Shown: positions 21,160-30,339 of the stretch, piece after piece | Numbering within the stretch: position 1 is the stretch's first letter | Layout of the letters: every line of letters begins with the position of its first letter | NCBI GenBank assembly: GCA_965212015.1 | Contig: OZ243037.1 | Location: 608,001 to 672,000 of the forward strand | Direction: 5' to 3' | Source: Cenarchaeum sp. | GTDB lineage: Archaea > Thermoproteota > Nitrososphaeria > Nitrososphaerales > Nitrosopumilaceae | DNA: 64,000 nucleotides | Notes under the pieces: model-generated | The model's database searches: none | What the model saw: only the letters and a program-made list of their open reading frames with translations | Told to the model about the DNA's origin: nothing | Position numbers and translations under genes: made by a program

Positions 21160-22326
21160 ATGGCTTATCTTGATTATAATGCCACGACCCCGCCAGACCG
21201 CCAAGTTATCGACGCAATGATTCCCGCACTGGAGGAAAAGTTTGGAAATCCGTCCAGCGAGAATCACGACACCGGCAGGATGGCAGCCGATCTGGTAGAT
21301 ATAGCGCGCGGATTTGTTGCAGAGATTGTCGGTATGAAGCCTGCCGATGTCATCTTTACCTCCGGGGCGACAGAGGCCAACAATATGGCATTCTTTGGAT
21401 TATCCGCAAACAGCGAAAAACCGCTGAACATTCTGGTCTGTGCCACGGAGCACAAGTCCGTGCTAGAGCCGTGCCGGCTGCTTGCAAGACAGAGCGCAAC
21501 AGTCAAAGAGATCTCGGTAATGCCGGATGGAACAATCAACCTTGATGTGCTGGAAAAAGAGATCTCGCCGGATACAGATATCGTATCGGTAATGGCGGCA
21601 AACAGCGAGACTGGAGTAATTCATCCGATAAGCAAAGTCGTGGAACTGGCACACAAATATGACGTATTGGTTCACTGTGACGCAACACAGGCGATTGGCA
21701 AGATTCCCTTTGATGCTGAAGAGTTGGATATTGATTTTGTAACGTTTAGCAGCCATAAAATTTACGGTCCCAAGGGATGCGGTGCGCTTGTCGCTGCGCG
21801 CGATGCCAGAAAGCGGCTGCAGGGAATCCTGTACGGCGGGGGCCAGGAGAACAATATGCGCAGCGGCACGTTAAATGTTCCTGGAATAGTCGGGTTTGGC
21901 AAGGCATGCGAGATCGCATCACACCGGCAAGAAACCGATTATTCTTCCCAGCAAAGCCTTCGAGACGAGTTTGAGGCAAAAATTACCAAGTCCGTCCCAG
22001 ACATTACAGTCAATGGCAAAAACGCAGAGCGCCTGCCAAACACCTCAAACATACGAATTCATGGTGCGCTAGCCGATGCCATAATTGTTAATGCCATGGA
22101 AATAGAGATTGCCACCGGGAGCGCCTGCACGTCTGCCACAATGGAACCCTCACACGTTCTGACCGCGATGGGCCTGAACACGGATGAGGCAAACGAGTCG
22201 ATTCGTGTATCCATTGGCCGGCAGACCACACAGAATGACATTGATATTGCAGTGGAATCTATTGCAAAGGCCGTACAGTTTGTGAGGGGAAAGGAGGCAG
22301 AGATTATGGAAGGTGTAAGTAGATGA
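21160..22326 (+). CDS. Cysteine desulfurase (DndA/SspA/IscS-like)
   Basis: YLDYNATTP, SSHKIYGPKG (PLP Lys), GSACTS (catalytic Cys). Confidence 0.93.
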   Translation: MAYLDYNATTPPDRQVIDAMIPALEEKFGNPSSENHDTGRMAADLVDIARGFVAEIVGMKPADVIFTSGATEANNMAFFGLSANSEKPLNILVCATEHKSVLEPCRLLARQSATVKEISVMPDGTINLDVLEKEISPDTDIVSVMAANSETGVIHPISKVVELAHKYDVLVHCDATQAIGKIPFDAEELDIDFVTFSSHKIYGPKGCGALVAARDARKRLQGILYGGGQENNMRSGTLNVPGIVGFGKACEIASHRQETDYSSQQSLRDEFEAKITKSVPDITVNGKNAERLPNTSNIRIHGALADAIIVNAMEIEIATGSACTSATMEPSHVLTAMGLNTDEANESIRVSIGRQTTQNDIDIAVESIAKAVQFVRGKEAEIMEGVSR

Positions 22327-23276
22327 TAATTACCGATGCCATACCCAACCCCACATTTGCAAACCACGAGTCGTTTCACCTCCGATACGGGTGGCTCAAA
22401 AAGGCATACGACAGGGTAAGGGATGACAGGCGTGTATTTGCCCGAGATGATATCACCGTACAGCTAGGAGTCGGGAAAAACATGGTCCGCTCGATAAAAT
22501 TCTGGAGCATCGCAAACAAGATAATCAATGCCAACGGCCATGGGAAAAATATCACCTGGGAGCCCACCTACATGGGCCGCGTCATATTTGGAAAAAAAGG
22601 CCTTGATCCATACCTTGAAAAACCCGACACGCTGTGGCTGCTGCACTGGATGCTGTTTGCTCCGCCCTGCCGCATACCGGTATGGTGGTTAATGATGAAC
22701 GAATTTTCCGCAACAAACATCAAGCTAGAGGAGGCAACAGAGGCAATCGCCGCACGCGTTACAAACATTCCGGAATGGAGCACGCCCAGCATAAACTCTG
22801 TCAAAAAAGATATTGACGTGTTCATACACACATACAGCACCAGACAGGACAAGCTCTCAATTGAGGACTATCTGGACTGCCCGTTCAGGCAGCTTCACAT
22901 GATAAAGCAGAGCTCGCGCGATACGATGAGGTTTGTGTTTGGTAAAAAAAACGGACTGTCCCCGCTTATTGTCGCGTTTGCCTGCCTTGATTTTATTGTC
23001 AAATCCGGCATATCCTCAAAGAGCGTATCTGTGAGCAGGCTTGCAACCGAGACCGGAAGCGTGGGACACATATTCAAGATAAACGAAAACGAGCTTGCCG
23101 AGATGCTGCACGAGGCATCCAACATGTCAAAGTCCATAAAGATATCCAATGTCAATAGCATTCCTCACTTGACATTTAAATCGGCTGAAAAGGCATACAT
23201 GGATGTTCTGTATCTGGCATATGATAAAAAACTCCACCTCAACAAGAATCCCAAAATGGAGCAGCTGATACAATGA
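22323..23276 (+). CDS. DUF4007 protein (SspB-like)
   Basis: FANHESFHLRYGWLKK, LGVGKNMVRSIKFW, DPYLE...TLWLLHW; 4-bp overlap with desulfurase. Confidence 0.85.
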   Translation: MIITDAIPNPTFANHESFHLRYGWLKKAYDRVRDDRRVFARDDITVQLGVGKNMVRSIKFWSIANKIINANGHGKNITWEPTYMGRVIFGKKGLDPYLEKPDTLWLLHWMLFAPPCRIPVWWLMMNEFSATNIKLEEATEAIAARVTNIPEWSTPSINSVKKDIDVFIHTYSTRQDKLSIEDYLDCPFRQLHMIKQSSRDTMRFVFGKKNGLSPLIVAFACLDFIVKSGISSKSVSVSRLATETGSVGHIFKINENELAEMLHEASNMSKSIKISNVNSIPHLTFKSAEKAYMDVLYLAYDKKLHLNKNPKMEQLIQ

Positions 23277-26200
23277 GATCCGTCCAGAAATACAAGGCAA
23301 GATCCATGCCACTTGCCAGGCTAGTCACGATTCCGCCAAAACAGTATGCCTCCACAAACATCGAAAACGACGACATTACCACCCTCAAAAACTATCTTCC
23401 TAGCGCAAGTACGCTGGAGATAATTGAACGCTTTTCGGCCGGCCTGCAGGGGGCAAAAAGCGGAAGGATGCTCTCAATTACGGGACCGTACGGCTCTGGC
23501 AAGTCAACCATGGCCGTATTCCTGAATGGACTGCTGGCAGGACAAAAAAATGACGAATGGAATGTAGCGTATAAGACGCTAAAAAACGCATCAGCCGATA
23601 CGGCAAGAATACTCCGCACCGCCAGGGGAAGGACTGACACCCACAAAAAAGGTCCCATACGATGTATAGCTACTGCGCGACGCGAGCCGATAACTGCCAC
23701 AATACTGCGCGCACTAGATGATGGTGCCACCAGATATTTTGGAAAATATGCAAAAAGGCATTTTTCAATGGCAAACAACCTGCGCCGAAAGATGCGTGAT
23801 CTGAAACACAGCAACACGCCCACGGCAAAAGAAATAACAGATATCATATCAAGCATGTGTCAAAGATCCCCCATAGTGATAATTATTGACGAGTTTGGCA
23901 AGAATATCGAATATTTCACTACCGATGAATCCCAGCAAAGCGACCTGTTTTTGCTCCAAGAACTTGCAGAGCTCTCAGGCCCCGGCAGAAAACTTCCCCT
24001 CTCTATAATCACCCTGCAGCACATGGCATTTGAAGAGTATGCCGTGGGCACCTCAATGGCGTTAAAGCAGGAATGGGCAAAGATCCAAGGGCGCTTTGAG
24101 GATATTCCATTTGCAAATTCGCCGGATCAGACCAGACTGCTAATATCAAACACAATAGAACTGGACGAAAACACTACTCATCTGAGGGAGATAGAAAACT
24201 GGGCAAAAAAAGAGTCAAAACAGATGCAGAAACTCGGCATCGATAGCGGCTTTGATTCAGACCTTGTTGCATCGTGTTATCCGTTAGAACCGCTTGCACT
24301 GGAGGTATTGCCGGAATTGTGCTCAAGGTATGGCCAGCACGAGCGAACTCTACTGTCGTTTATCTCCGATGCCAGCAAGCATACGGTTGCAACGTTTATT
24401 GACGAGAACACATGGAGTAAGGGTAGTCTTCCTGCAATGGGAATTGATATACTATATGATTATTTCATAGCAGGTACAAGCATGATTCATTCCAGCTCGG
24501 CAAATATAACCAGACTGATGGAAATTGAGACCATAATCCGCGATTCACACGGGTTGAGCCGCTCCGAGATAAAAACACTAAAAACGATTGGAATACTGAA
24601 CCTGATAGGCAGATCCGGATATCTCCGCGCATCCAGAAACATTCTAGAATACGTTACAGGCACAGAAACAAAACAAATTCTGCAAAAACTGGAAGAAAAA
24701 TCCATCATAACGTACAGAAAGTATGCCGACGAATACAGGATATGGCACGGTACGGATATCGATATAGCGGCAAAGCTCAACATGCACCGAAAGCGATATC
24801 AAAAATCAGCTTTATCTGATATGCTGCATAACGTAATGAATCTAGAGCCGGTGGTAGCTGCAAAACACAGCATAGAGACTGGCACAATGCGCATTTTTGA
24901 GAGACAGTTTGCCTCAAAATCCGACATGACACTTAATGAGAGCTATGACGGTGTGATCATGTACAATACCAGCAATCACAAAACAATGGAATTTGACAGG
25001 CCGTTAATTACAGTTGATGCTACGGATACATCAGAGCTTCACCAGGCCGCAATAGAGGTAATGGCAATCCGGGATATTCTGAATGATGACAAAGATGTTA
25101 CCGCGGACTGGGTGGCAAGAAAGGAACTGGAGGAAAGACTGGCCGATTCCGAGATAATCCTAGACAGGATATTTGACCATACATACGGCAGTAATGCAAA
25201 GTGGTCCTATCTTAAAGCCGGCAAGGCCACAAAATGCACCGGAACTCCCAGCACTATAGTATCCCAAGTGTGTAATGACGTATACAACAAAACACCCCGA
25301 ATTTACAACGAGATGATAAACAGGACACTGCTCTCACCACAGGGGTCTGCCGCAAAAAGAAACCTGATGGATTACATGATGACGCGCACGAACAAGCCTC
25401 GTTTTGGGATTGAGGGATACGGACCTGACCGGGCCGTATATGAGGCGATTTTTATAAAAAACGGGATTCACGTCAAAGTTAAAAAATCCGAATGGATATT
25501 ACGGGATCCAAAAGACGAGACGATAAAACCCGTATGGCATGAGATGCTAAGCATGCTCAAGCGATCCAAAAAACGCGTTTCGCTGTCCAAAATATACCAA
25601 GTATGCAAGATGCCGCCGTTTGGAATGAAGGAGGGTGTAATTGCAATCTTTGTTACGGCTATTTTGCTAGTGCACAAAAACAACATTGCGCTATACGAGC
25701 ACGGGACGTATGTTCCGTATATCCTGCCAGAAATAGCAGAGAGAATGGTAAAGAATCCGGATCATTTTGAGCTAAAATACTTTAAAAGCACCACATCCAA
25801 GAAGGAATTACTGGCACAGGTCATAAAGCATTTTGAGATAAACTCCAAGGGCAGTGTTTTGGATGTGGTATCACATTTAGTCAGAATTGTTTCCACACTA
25901 CCACCATATGTAAAACAGACAAAAAAACTGGACTCAAATTCATTAGCAGTAAGGGATGCAGTACTAAATGCTATAGAGCCCGATACGCTATTGTTTGAAT
26001 CCCTTCCAAAGGCGTTAAAATTTGACTCCAAACCCTCACGATCCGATATTGGAAAATTTGCAGAAACTCTTACAAATTCCAAGTCTGCATTACAAAATGA
26101 ATTTCATAAAATGATTGATGATATCAAAAAACTGCTCTTTGATGCAACCGGAATTGATGATAGAAAAAAGCTATCAAAGACCGCATCTGTGATGCTGCAA

Positions 26201-26617
26201 AATGTTACGGATCAAAAAATGAAAATATTTCTCACCGCAGTAGCCACTGATGCATTAGAGCGAGATGAGGACTGGATCAACTATGTGGCGTTGAGTCTTA
26301 CTGATGTACCGCCTATGTCCTGGAAGGATGATCAACGTGACATGTTTGAGAATAATCTGATTCTAATGTCCAAGAAATTCAAGATACTTGCATCACTGCA
26401 ATTTGCAAATGTCTCAAAGAATTTTATAAAACCATCATATCAGGTAACTGTCACACATGCTGATGGTAGTGAACATCATAATGTTGTATCAATAAAACCT
26501 GCACAAAAGAAAAAATTAGAAACCATCGCAAATAAAATAATGAAAGATATGAAGAAAAAAGGATTTAAGGATAAAGATGTTGGAGCACTAATTGCATTAT
26601 TAAGCTCTATGGGATAA
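23273..26617 (+). CDS. Large P-loop ATPase (SspC-like)
   Basis: ITGPYGSGKS, IIDEFGK, EWAKIQGRF, GQHERTL; translationally coupled to DUF4007 gene. Confidence 0.82.
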   Translation: MRSVQKYKARSMPLARLVTIPPKQYASTNIENDDITTLKNYLPSASTLEIIERFSAGLQGAKSGRMLSITGPYGSGKSTMAVFLNGLLAGQKNDEWNVAYKTLKNASADTARILRTARGRTDTHKKGPIRCIATARREPITATILRALDDGATRYFGKYAKRHFSMANNLRRKMRDLKHSNTPTAKEITDIISSMCQRSPIVIIIDEFGKNIEYFTTDESQQSDLFLLQELAELSGPGRKLPLSIITLQHMAFEEYAVGTSMALKQEWAKIQGRFEDIPFANSPDQTRLLISNTIELDENTTHLREIENWAKKESKQMQKLGIDSGFDSDLVASCYPLEPLALEVLPELCSRYGQHERTLLSFISDASKHTVATFIDENTWSKGSLPAMGIDILYDYFIAGTSMIHSSSANITRLMEIETIIRDSHGLSRSEIKTLKTIGILNLIGRSGYLRASRNILEYVTGTETKQILQKLEEKSIITYRKYADEYRIWHGTDIDIAAKLNMHRKRYQKSALSDMLHNVMNLEPVVAAKHSIETGTMRIFERQFASKSDMTLNESYDGVIMYNTSNHKTMEFDRPLITVDATDTSELHQAAIEVMAIRDILNDDKDVTADWVARKELEERLADSEIILDRIFDHTYGSNAKWSYLKAGKATKCTGTPSTIVSQVCNDVYNKTPRIYNEMINRTLLSPQGSAAKRNLMDYMMTRTNKPRFGIEGYGPDRAVYEAIFIKNGIHVKVKKSEWILRDPKDETIKPVWHEMLSMLKRSKKRVSLSKIYQVCKMPPFGMKEGVIAIFVTAILLVHKNNIALYEHGTYVPYILPEIAERMVKNPDHFELKYFKSTTSKKELLAQVIKHFEINSKGSVLDVVSHLVRIVSTLPPYVKQTKKLDSNSLAVRDAVLNAIEPDTLLFESLPKALKFDSKPSRSDIGKFAETLTNSKSALQNEFHKMIDDIKKLLFDATGIDDRKKLSKTASVMLQNVTDQKMKIFLTAVATDALERDEDWINYVALSLTDVPPMSWKDDQRDMFENNLILMSKKFKILASLQFANVSKNFIKPSYQVTVTHADGSEHHNVVSIKPAQKKKLETIANKIMKDMKKKGFKDKDVGALIALLSSMG

Positions 26618-26620
26618 GAC

Positions 26621-27196
26621 ATGGGTAAACTTTTAGCAGGAATTGATGTTTCTGGGAATCCAAAAGATGGAAATTATAAATTCATGGCTATTGTTATAGG
26701 CACACAAGAAAAAATTAATTCTATTTTTAAATATTTGGATCCTGACCAAAAATATATCTATAAGAATTCTAGAAATCGAGATATATTATCATCTAGATTA
26801 CGATTTGATTCTAAAGAAATAATTGCATTTTGTATTCGTATAGATAGAAAAATGATAATTGATAAAATGATAAAAAAGAAAAAGATAGATCATACTAGTA
26901 AATCATCTGGAGCGATTTTTCATATATATAATACTACATTGTTGTATAACATTCGAAATAGGCTTGATACATTTGTCAATCAACATAATTACTCATTAAC
27001 TGAAATTCTTTTTCAATGTGATATGGATTGCAAGAAATTCCTAAAAGATAGTGGTTTGCATAATGATAATGAAGGCCTTGCATATATTTTATCGGATCTT
27101 GTTGCCTGGGCAAATAACAGAAACAAGGAACCTGCTGGGGTCATTTCAATTGATCTGGTAAAAATCCTTAAAGAGCAGCTAGTTAAATTTGGATAA
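26621..27196 (+). CDS. DUF3800-like RNase H-fold protein
   Basis: N-terminal GIDVSG and C-terminal LSDLVAW resemble the DESG...QLAD pattern of DUF3800. Confidence 0.6.
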   Translation: MGKLLAGIDVSGNPKDGNYKFMAIVIGTQEKINSIFKYLDPDQKYIYKNSRNRDILSSRLRFDSKEIIAFCIRIDRKMIIDKMIKKKKIDHTSKSSGAIFHIYNTTLLYNIRNRLDTFVNQHNYSLTEILFQCDMDCKKFLKDSGLHNDNEGLAYILSDLVAWANNRNKEPAGVISIDLVKILKEQLVKFG

Positions 27197-27202
27197 TTAA
27201 CA

Positions 27203-27261
27203 CCGTATTCACATGAGCCTAAGGTTCACCATCACGGATGGCCCAAAGGATTCGAATACGG
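27203..27261. ncRNA. Structured element A downstream of DUF3800-like gene
   Basis: Closing stem CCGTATTC/GAATACGG, inner hairpin CCATC-ACG-GATGG, ACATGAGCC...GGATTC core shared with copies at 56198 and 58144. Confidence 0.6.
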
Positions 27262-27380
27262 CCTACTAGTAGTATACTATAGTCATATAATAACTTTGTT
27301 GGCTATTTTACGTATGATTGCTGATTTCTAGCAATCAAGATCCGTTAGACCTATAAAATCGTAAATATATAGAAAAATCA

Positions 27381-27548
27381 ATGCGAGAGAAGATCGGCGA
27401 GAGGCCATACGAGGTCACGAAAAACGGCAGCATGTACACCATCAAATTCTATCCGATGATTAAAAACGCCAAAAAGCCAGATAAGGTATTGTTCTGCCTT
27501 ACTGTCTCAAAGAAAGAATTTGACCAGTTAGCTGCAAAGATAAAATGA
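27381..27548 (+). CDS. Small hypothetical protein (55 aa, possibly 5'-frameshifted)
   Basis: MREKIGERPYEVTKNGSMYTIKFYP...; degenerate homolog at about 58280-58351. Confidence 0.5.
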   Translation: MREKIGERPYEVTKNGSMYTIKFYPMIKNAKKPDKVLFCLTVSKKEFDQLAAKIK

Positions 27549-27556
27549 CCCCATAA

Positions 27557-29242
27557 TCACAGGCTACAATCCAACAATCTACGATCCAAATATGTTGGAT
27601 TTAACTGCTGTTTTGGTTTTGATATCTTTTGATATTGTAAGTGAGCTCTGCATTGTTCACTAACATCTTTTCTTGTAATAAAAACACAATAATTCGCACC
27701 TATAGCAAAGTATTTCCGATCAAACATTTTGTGATGTATGGAACAAAGACATATTCCATTATCAATTTCCCCCATAGCTTCAAGTGTTTTTACTGGAATG
27801 ATGTGTGCAGCTTCTAATAGATCTTCATCAGAAAGTCCACATAATGCACATTTGCTATCAAAATTGCACAATACACGTTTCCGGAATTTTTCTTGTCCAA
27901 TCCGTATTTTTTGTGGCATTATTTTGTGTGTCATATTAATATCCTCAATTCTTTCAAAATTATTCAAATTTCGTATAGTGTTTCCAATATTGCCAAATTT
28001 TTCTAGTATATTTCTCTTCTTTTTTGAATCTATTTTTTCTGCCAATAATTGTGATTTTTCCGTATCAGAAAATAAACGAATTGATTCATCAAATTTTATG
28101 TTAATTTTTTCAATTTTAGTCAAAAAAAGTATGGTATCTATATTTGAATATTTGGTATTCCATAGATTATTTGTAATTTTTTTATTTTGTGTTTTTGCAA
28201 GTATTTTTGTTGATGCATGAAATTGCTTATCATTAAAATAAAGTATAGTATCACCTTCTTCAATATCTTTTAATAAATTATTATATTCTTCATATATGCC
28301 AAATATACCGATATGGGATCGTTTCCTAATGTTTACAGGCACATTGTGTTTTTCAAGTGTTTGGATTGAAATTGGTTTTTTTACTGTCTTTTCAAACATT
28401 TCTGATATATGTTTTGGATTTGTTGATATAAGAATGAGTGATTTGTCTTGTCCTGTTCTTATGTTTTTACAGTAATCGGCAAGTGCATTCGTCTGAAGAT
28501 TTGATGGAATCAATTCATTAAGATATTTGATTAATGTCTGTTCAATATTGCTAGAGATCTTGATGTTTTGTTCATTCAAAAATGGCAAGATATCTGCGTC
28601 TGGATTGGCCTCTTCCATGTATCTAGCCCATCTCAATATTGGAACGGGGCGTAACAAGTCATAATTTTCATTGAGAAATTTCATTGCATGTGGTTTTATC
28701 GTAATTGTATATTCGTCATTGTTGTAATCGTAGAACATTCTGTCTAGTCGTGAACGTGAACCTAATCGTTTGATTTTCTGGAATTTAGGAACAACTTGAG
28801 ATCTTTTTTTGATAAAATTACCAAATACATCCTCTTTTATCTTTTGTATTGCATCATATGTTTTCTCCGGTGGCAGTTTATGATAATCACCAGGATGATT
28901 TTCTCCAAATACATCCTGTATGTTGTATGTTGCATAGACTTTGAATCTTGTATGTTTGTCCTGTTTGAGACGATGGTCATATACTAACGGAAAGTAATAC
29001 TCGAAGAATTTTTTCGCGATTTCCTTATATTGTATTATTTTTCCCTGCTGGAGTTCGATCATCATCTGAATTTCTTCATTTGGAATTTTTTTGGCATATT
29101 CGAGAAGAAATCGTGCTAGCGCAAATTTGTATGTGGTATTATAATGACTGCATGTCGACATGTGTATGAATCCATGCAGAAGCTCTTCTTCATGTGCTGT
29201 AACATGTTTGTGGCGAATTTGTAATTGTAACGTATTATCCAT
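27557..29242 (-). CDS. HNH endonuclease with N-terminal TYKFAL domain and central PUA/EVE-like region
   Basis: C-terminal RIGQEKFR...CALCG...EAAHIIP...NGICLCSIHHKMFD. Confidence 0.8.
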   Translation of the reverse strand: MDNTLQLQIRHKHVTAHEEELLHGFIHMSTCSHYNTTYKFALARFLLEYAKKIPNEEIQMMIELQQGKIIQYKEIAKKFFEYYFPLVYDHRLKQDKHTRFKVYATYNIQDVFGENHPGDYHKLPPEKTYDAIQKIKEDVFGNFIKKRSQVVPKFQKIKRLGSRSRLDRMFYDYNNDEYTITIKPHAMKFLNENYDLLRPVPILRWARYMEEANPDADILPFLNEQNIKISSNIEQTLIKYLNELIPSNLQTNALADYCKNIRTGQDKSLILISTNPKHISEMFEKTVKKPISIQTLEKHNVPVNIRKRSHIGIFGIYEEYNNLLKDIEEGDTILYFNDKQFHASTKILAKTQNKKITNNLWNTKYSNIDTILFLTKIEKINIKFDESIRLFSDTEKSQLLAEKIDSKKKRNILEKFGNIGNTIRNLNNFERIEDINMTHKIMPQKIRIGQEKFRKRVLCNFDSKCALCGLSDEDLLEAAHIIPVKTLEAMGEIDNGICLCSIHHKMFDRKYFAIGANYCVFITRKDVSEQCRAHLQYQKISKPKQQLNPTYLDRRLLDCSL

Positions 29243-29370
29243 GCCTTTTATATATGGGAAATCCTTATAGGTTTTTCAGAAAAATTATTTATAGGAGGAC
29301 GTTATTTCAACCCAAAGTGTATTTTTGGCTCAAATACTTTCTTATATAGCAGTAAAATTATTAATTATCG

Positions 29371-30207
29371 ATGAGACATGTTTGCGGTATTTCAGGAGGA
29401 AAGGATTCTAGCGCCCTTGCAGTATATATGCGGGATAAAATACCGGATATGGAATATTTTTTTTGTGATACAGGTGCCGAGCTGCCAGAGACCTATGCAT
29501 ATCTTGCCAAGCTTGAAGTCGTACTTGGTAAGAAAATTGTAAAGCTAAATTCAACTAGAAGTTTTGATCACTATTTTGAAGTATTTCGTGGTACGTTACC
29601 ATCACCACAGATGAGATGGTGTACCAGTATGCTCAAAATAAAGCCACTTGAAGATTGGATAGGTGAAGCTGATGTAATTTCATACGTTGCCATTCGTGCA
29701 GATGAAAAGAGTCGAACAGGTTATGTATCTACAAAACCCAACATCAAGACAATATTTCCATTCATTGATGACGATATTGATCATACCGGTGTTGTAAAAA
29801 TATTGGAAGATGCTGGGATTAATCTACCAGAATATTACAAATGGAGAACACGTTCTGGTTGTTACTTCTGTTTTTTTCAACGAAAAGCAGAATGGGTTGG
29901 TCTTGCGGATAATCATCCGGATTTATTCAAACGAGCTGTTGCGATTGAGCAAAAGATACTAAAAGATGCAGGTGTTGCAGGTGATGCAAATTTTAAATCA
30001 AGTGGTATGAAAGGGAGGCAATATACCTGGTCTCAAGGTGAAACATTAACTGAATTGTTAGAGCGACGTGATGAAATAATGGAACGGCATAAAGATAGTC
30101 TCAAAAAGGCAAAATCAAAAAAGAAAAATTTACCACTAGTGGATGTCTTGGCGGATGCTCTTGATGATGAAGATGAATCTACACCCTGTACAGTTTGCCA
30201 TCTTTAA
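29371..30207 (+). CDS. PAPS reductase family protein (SspD-like)
   Basis: SGGKDS PP-loop, DTG, RWCT..LK, RSGCYFCFFQ, C-terminal CxxC. Confidence 0.85.
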   Translation: MRHVCGISGGKDSSALAVYMRDKIPDMEYFFCDTGAELPETYAYLAKLEVVLGKKIVKLNSTRSFDHYFEVFRGTLPSPQMRWCTSMLKIKPLEDWIGEADVISYVAIRADEKSRTGYVSTKPNIKTIFPFIDDDIDHTGVVKILEDAGINLPEYYKWRTRSGCYFCFFQRKAEWVGLADNHPDLFKRAVAIEQKILKDAGVAGDANFKSSGMKGRQYTWSQGETLTELLERRDEIMERHKDSLKKAKSKKKNLPLVDVLADALDDEDESTPCTVCHL

Positions 30208-30339
30208 GCATCATGTATCACTACGAAATTCATGATTTTTCTATGTAGGTGCCGATTTTGCCAGTTTTATAGCTAAATTCGATTAATTTACCTCGAAATT
30301 TCCCAAATCTATTTAAATTCGATTCTAATTACCACAACG

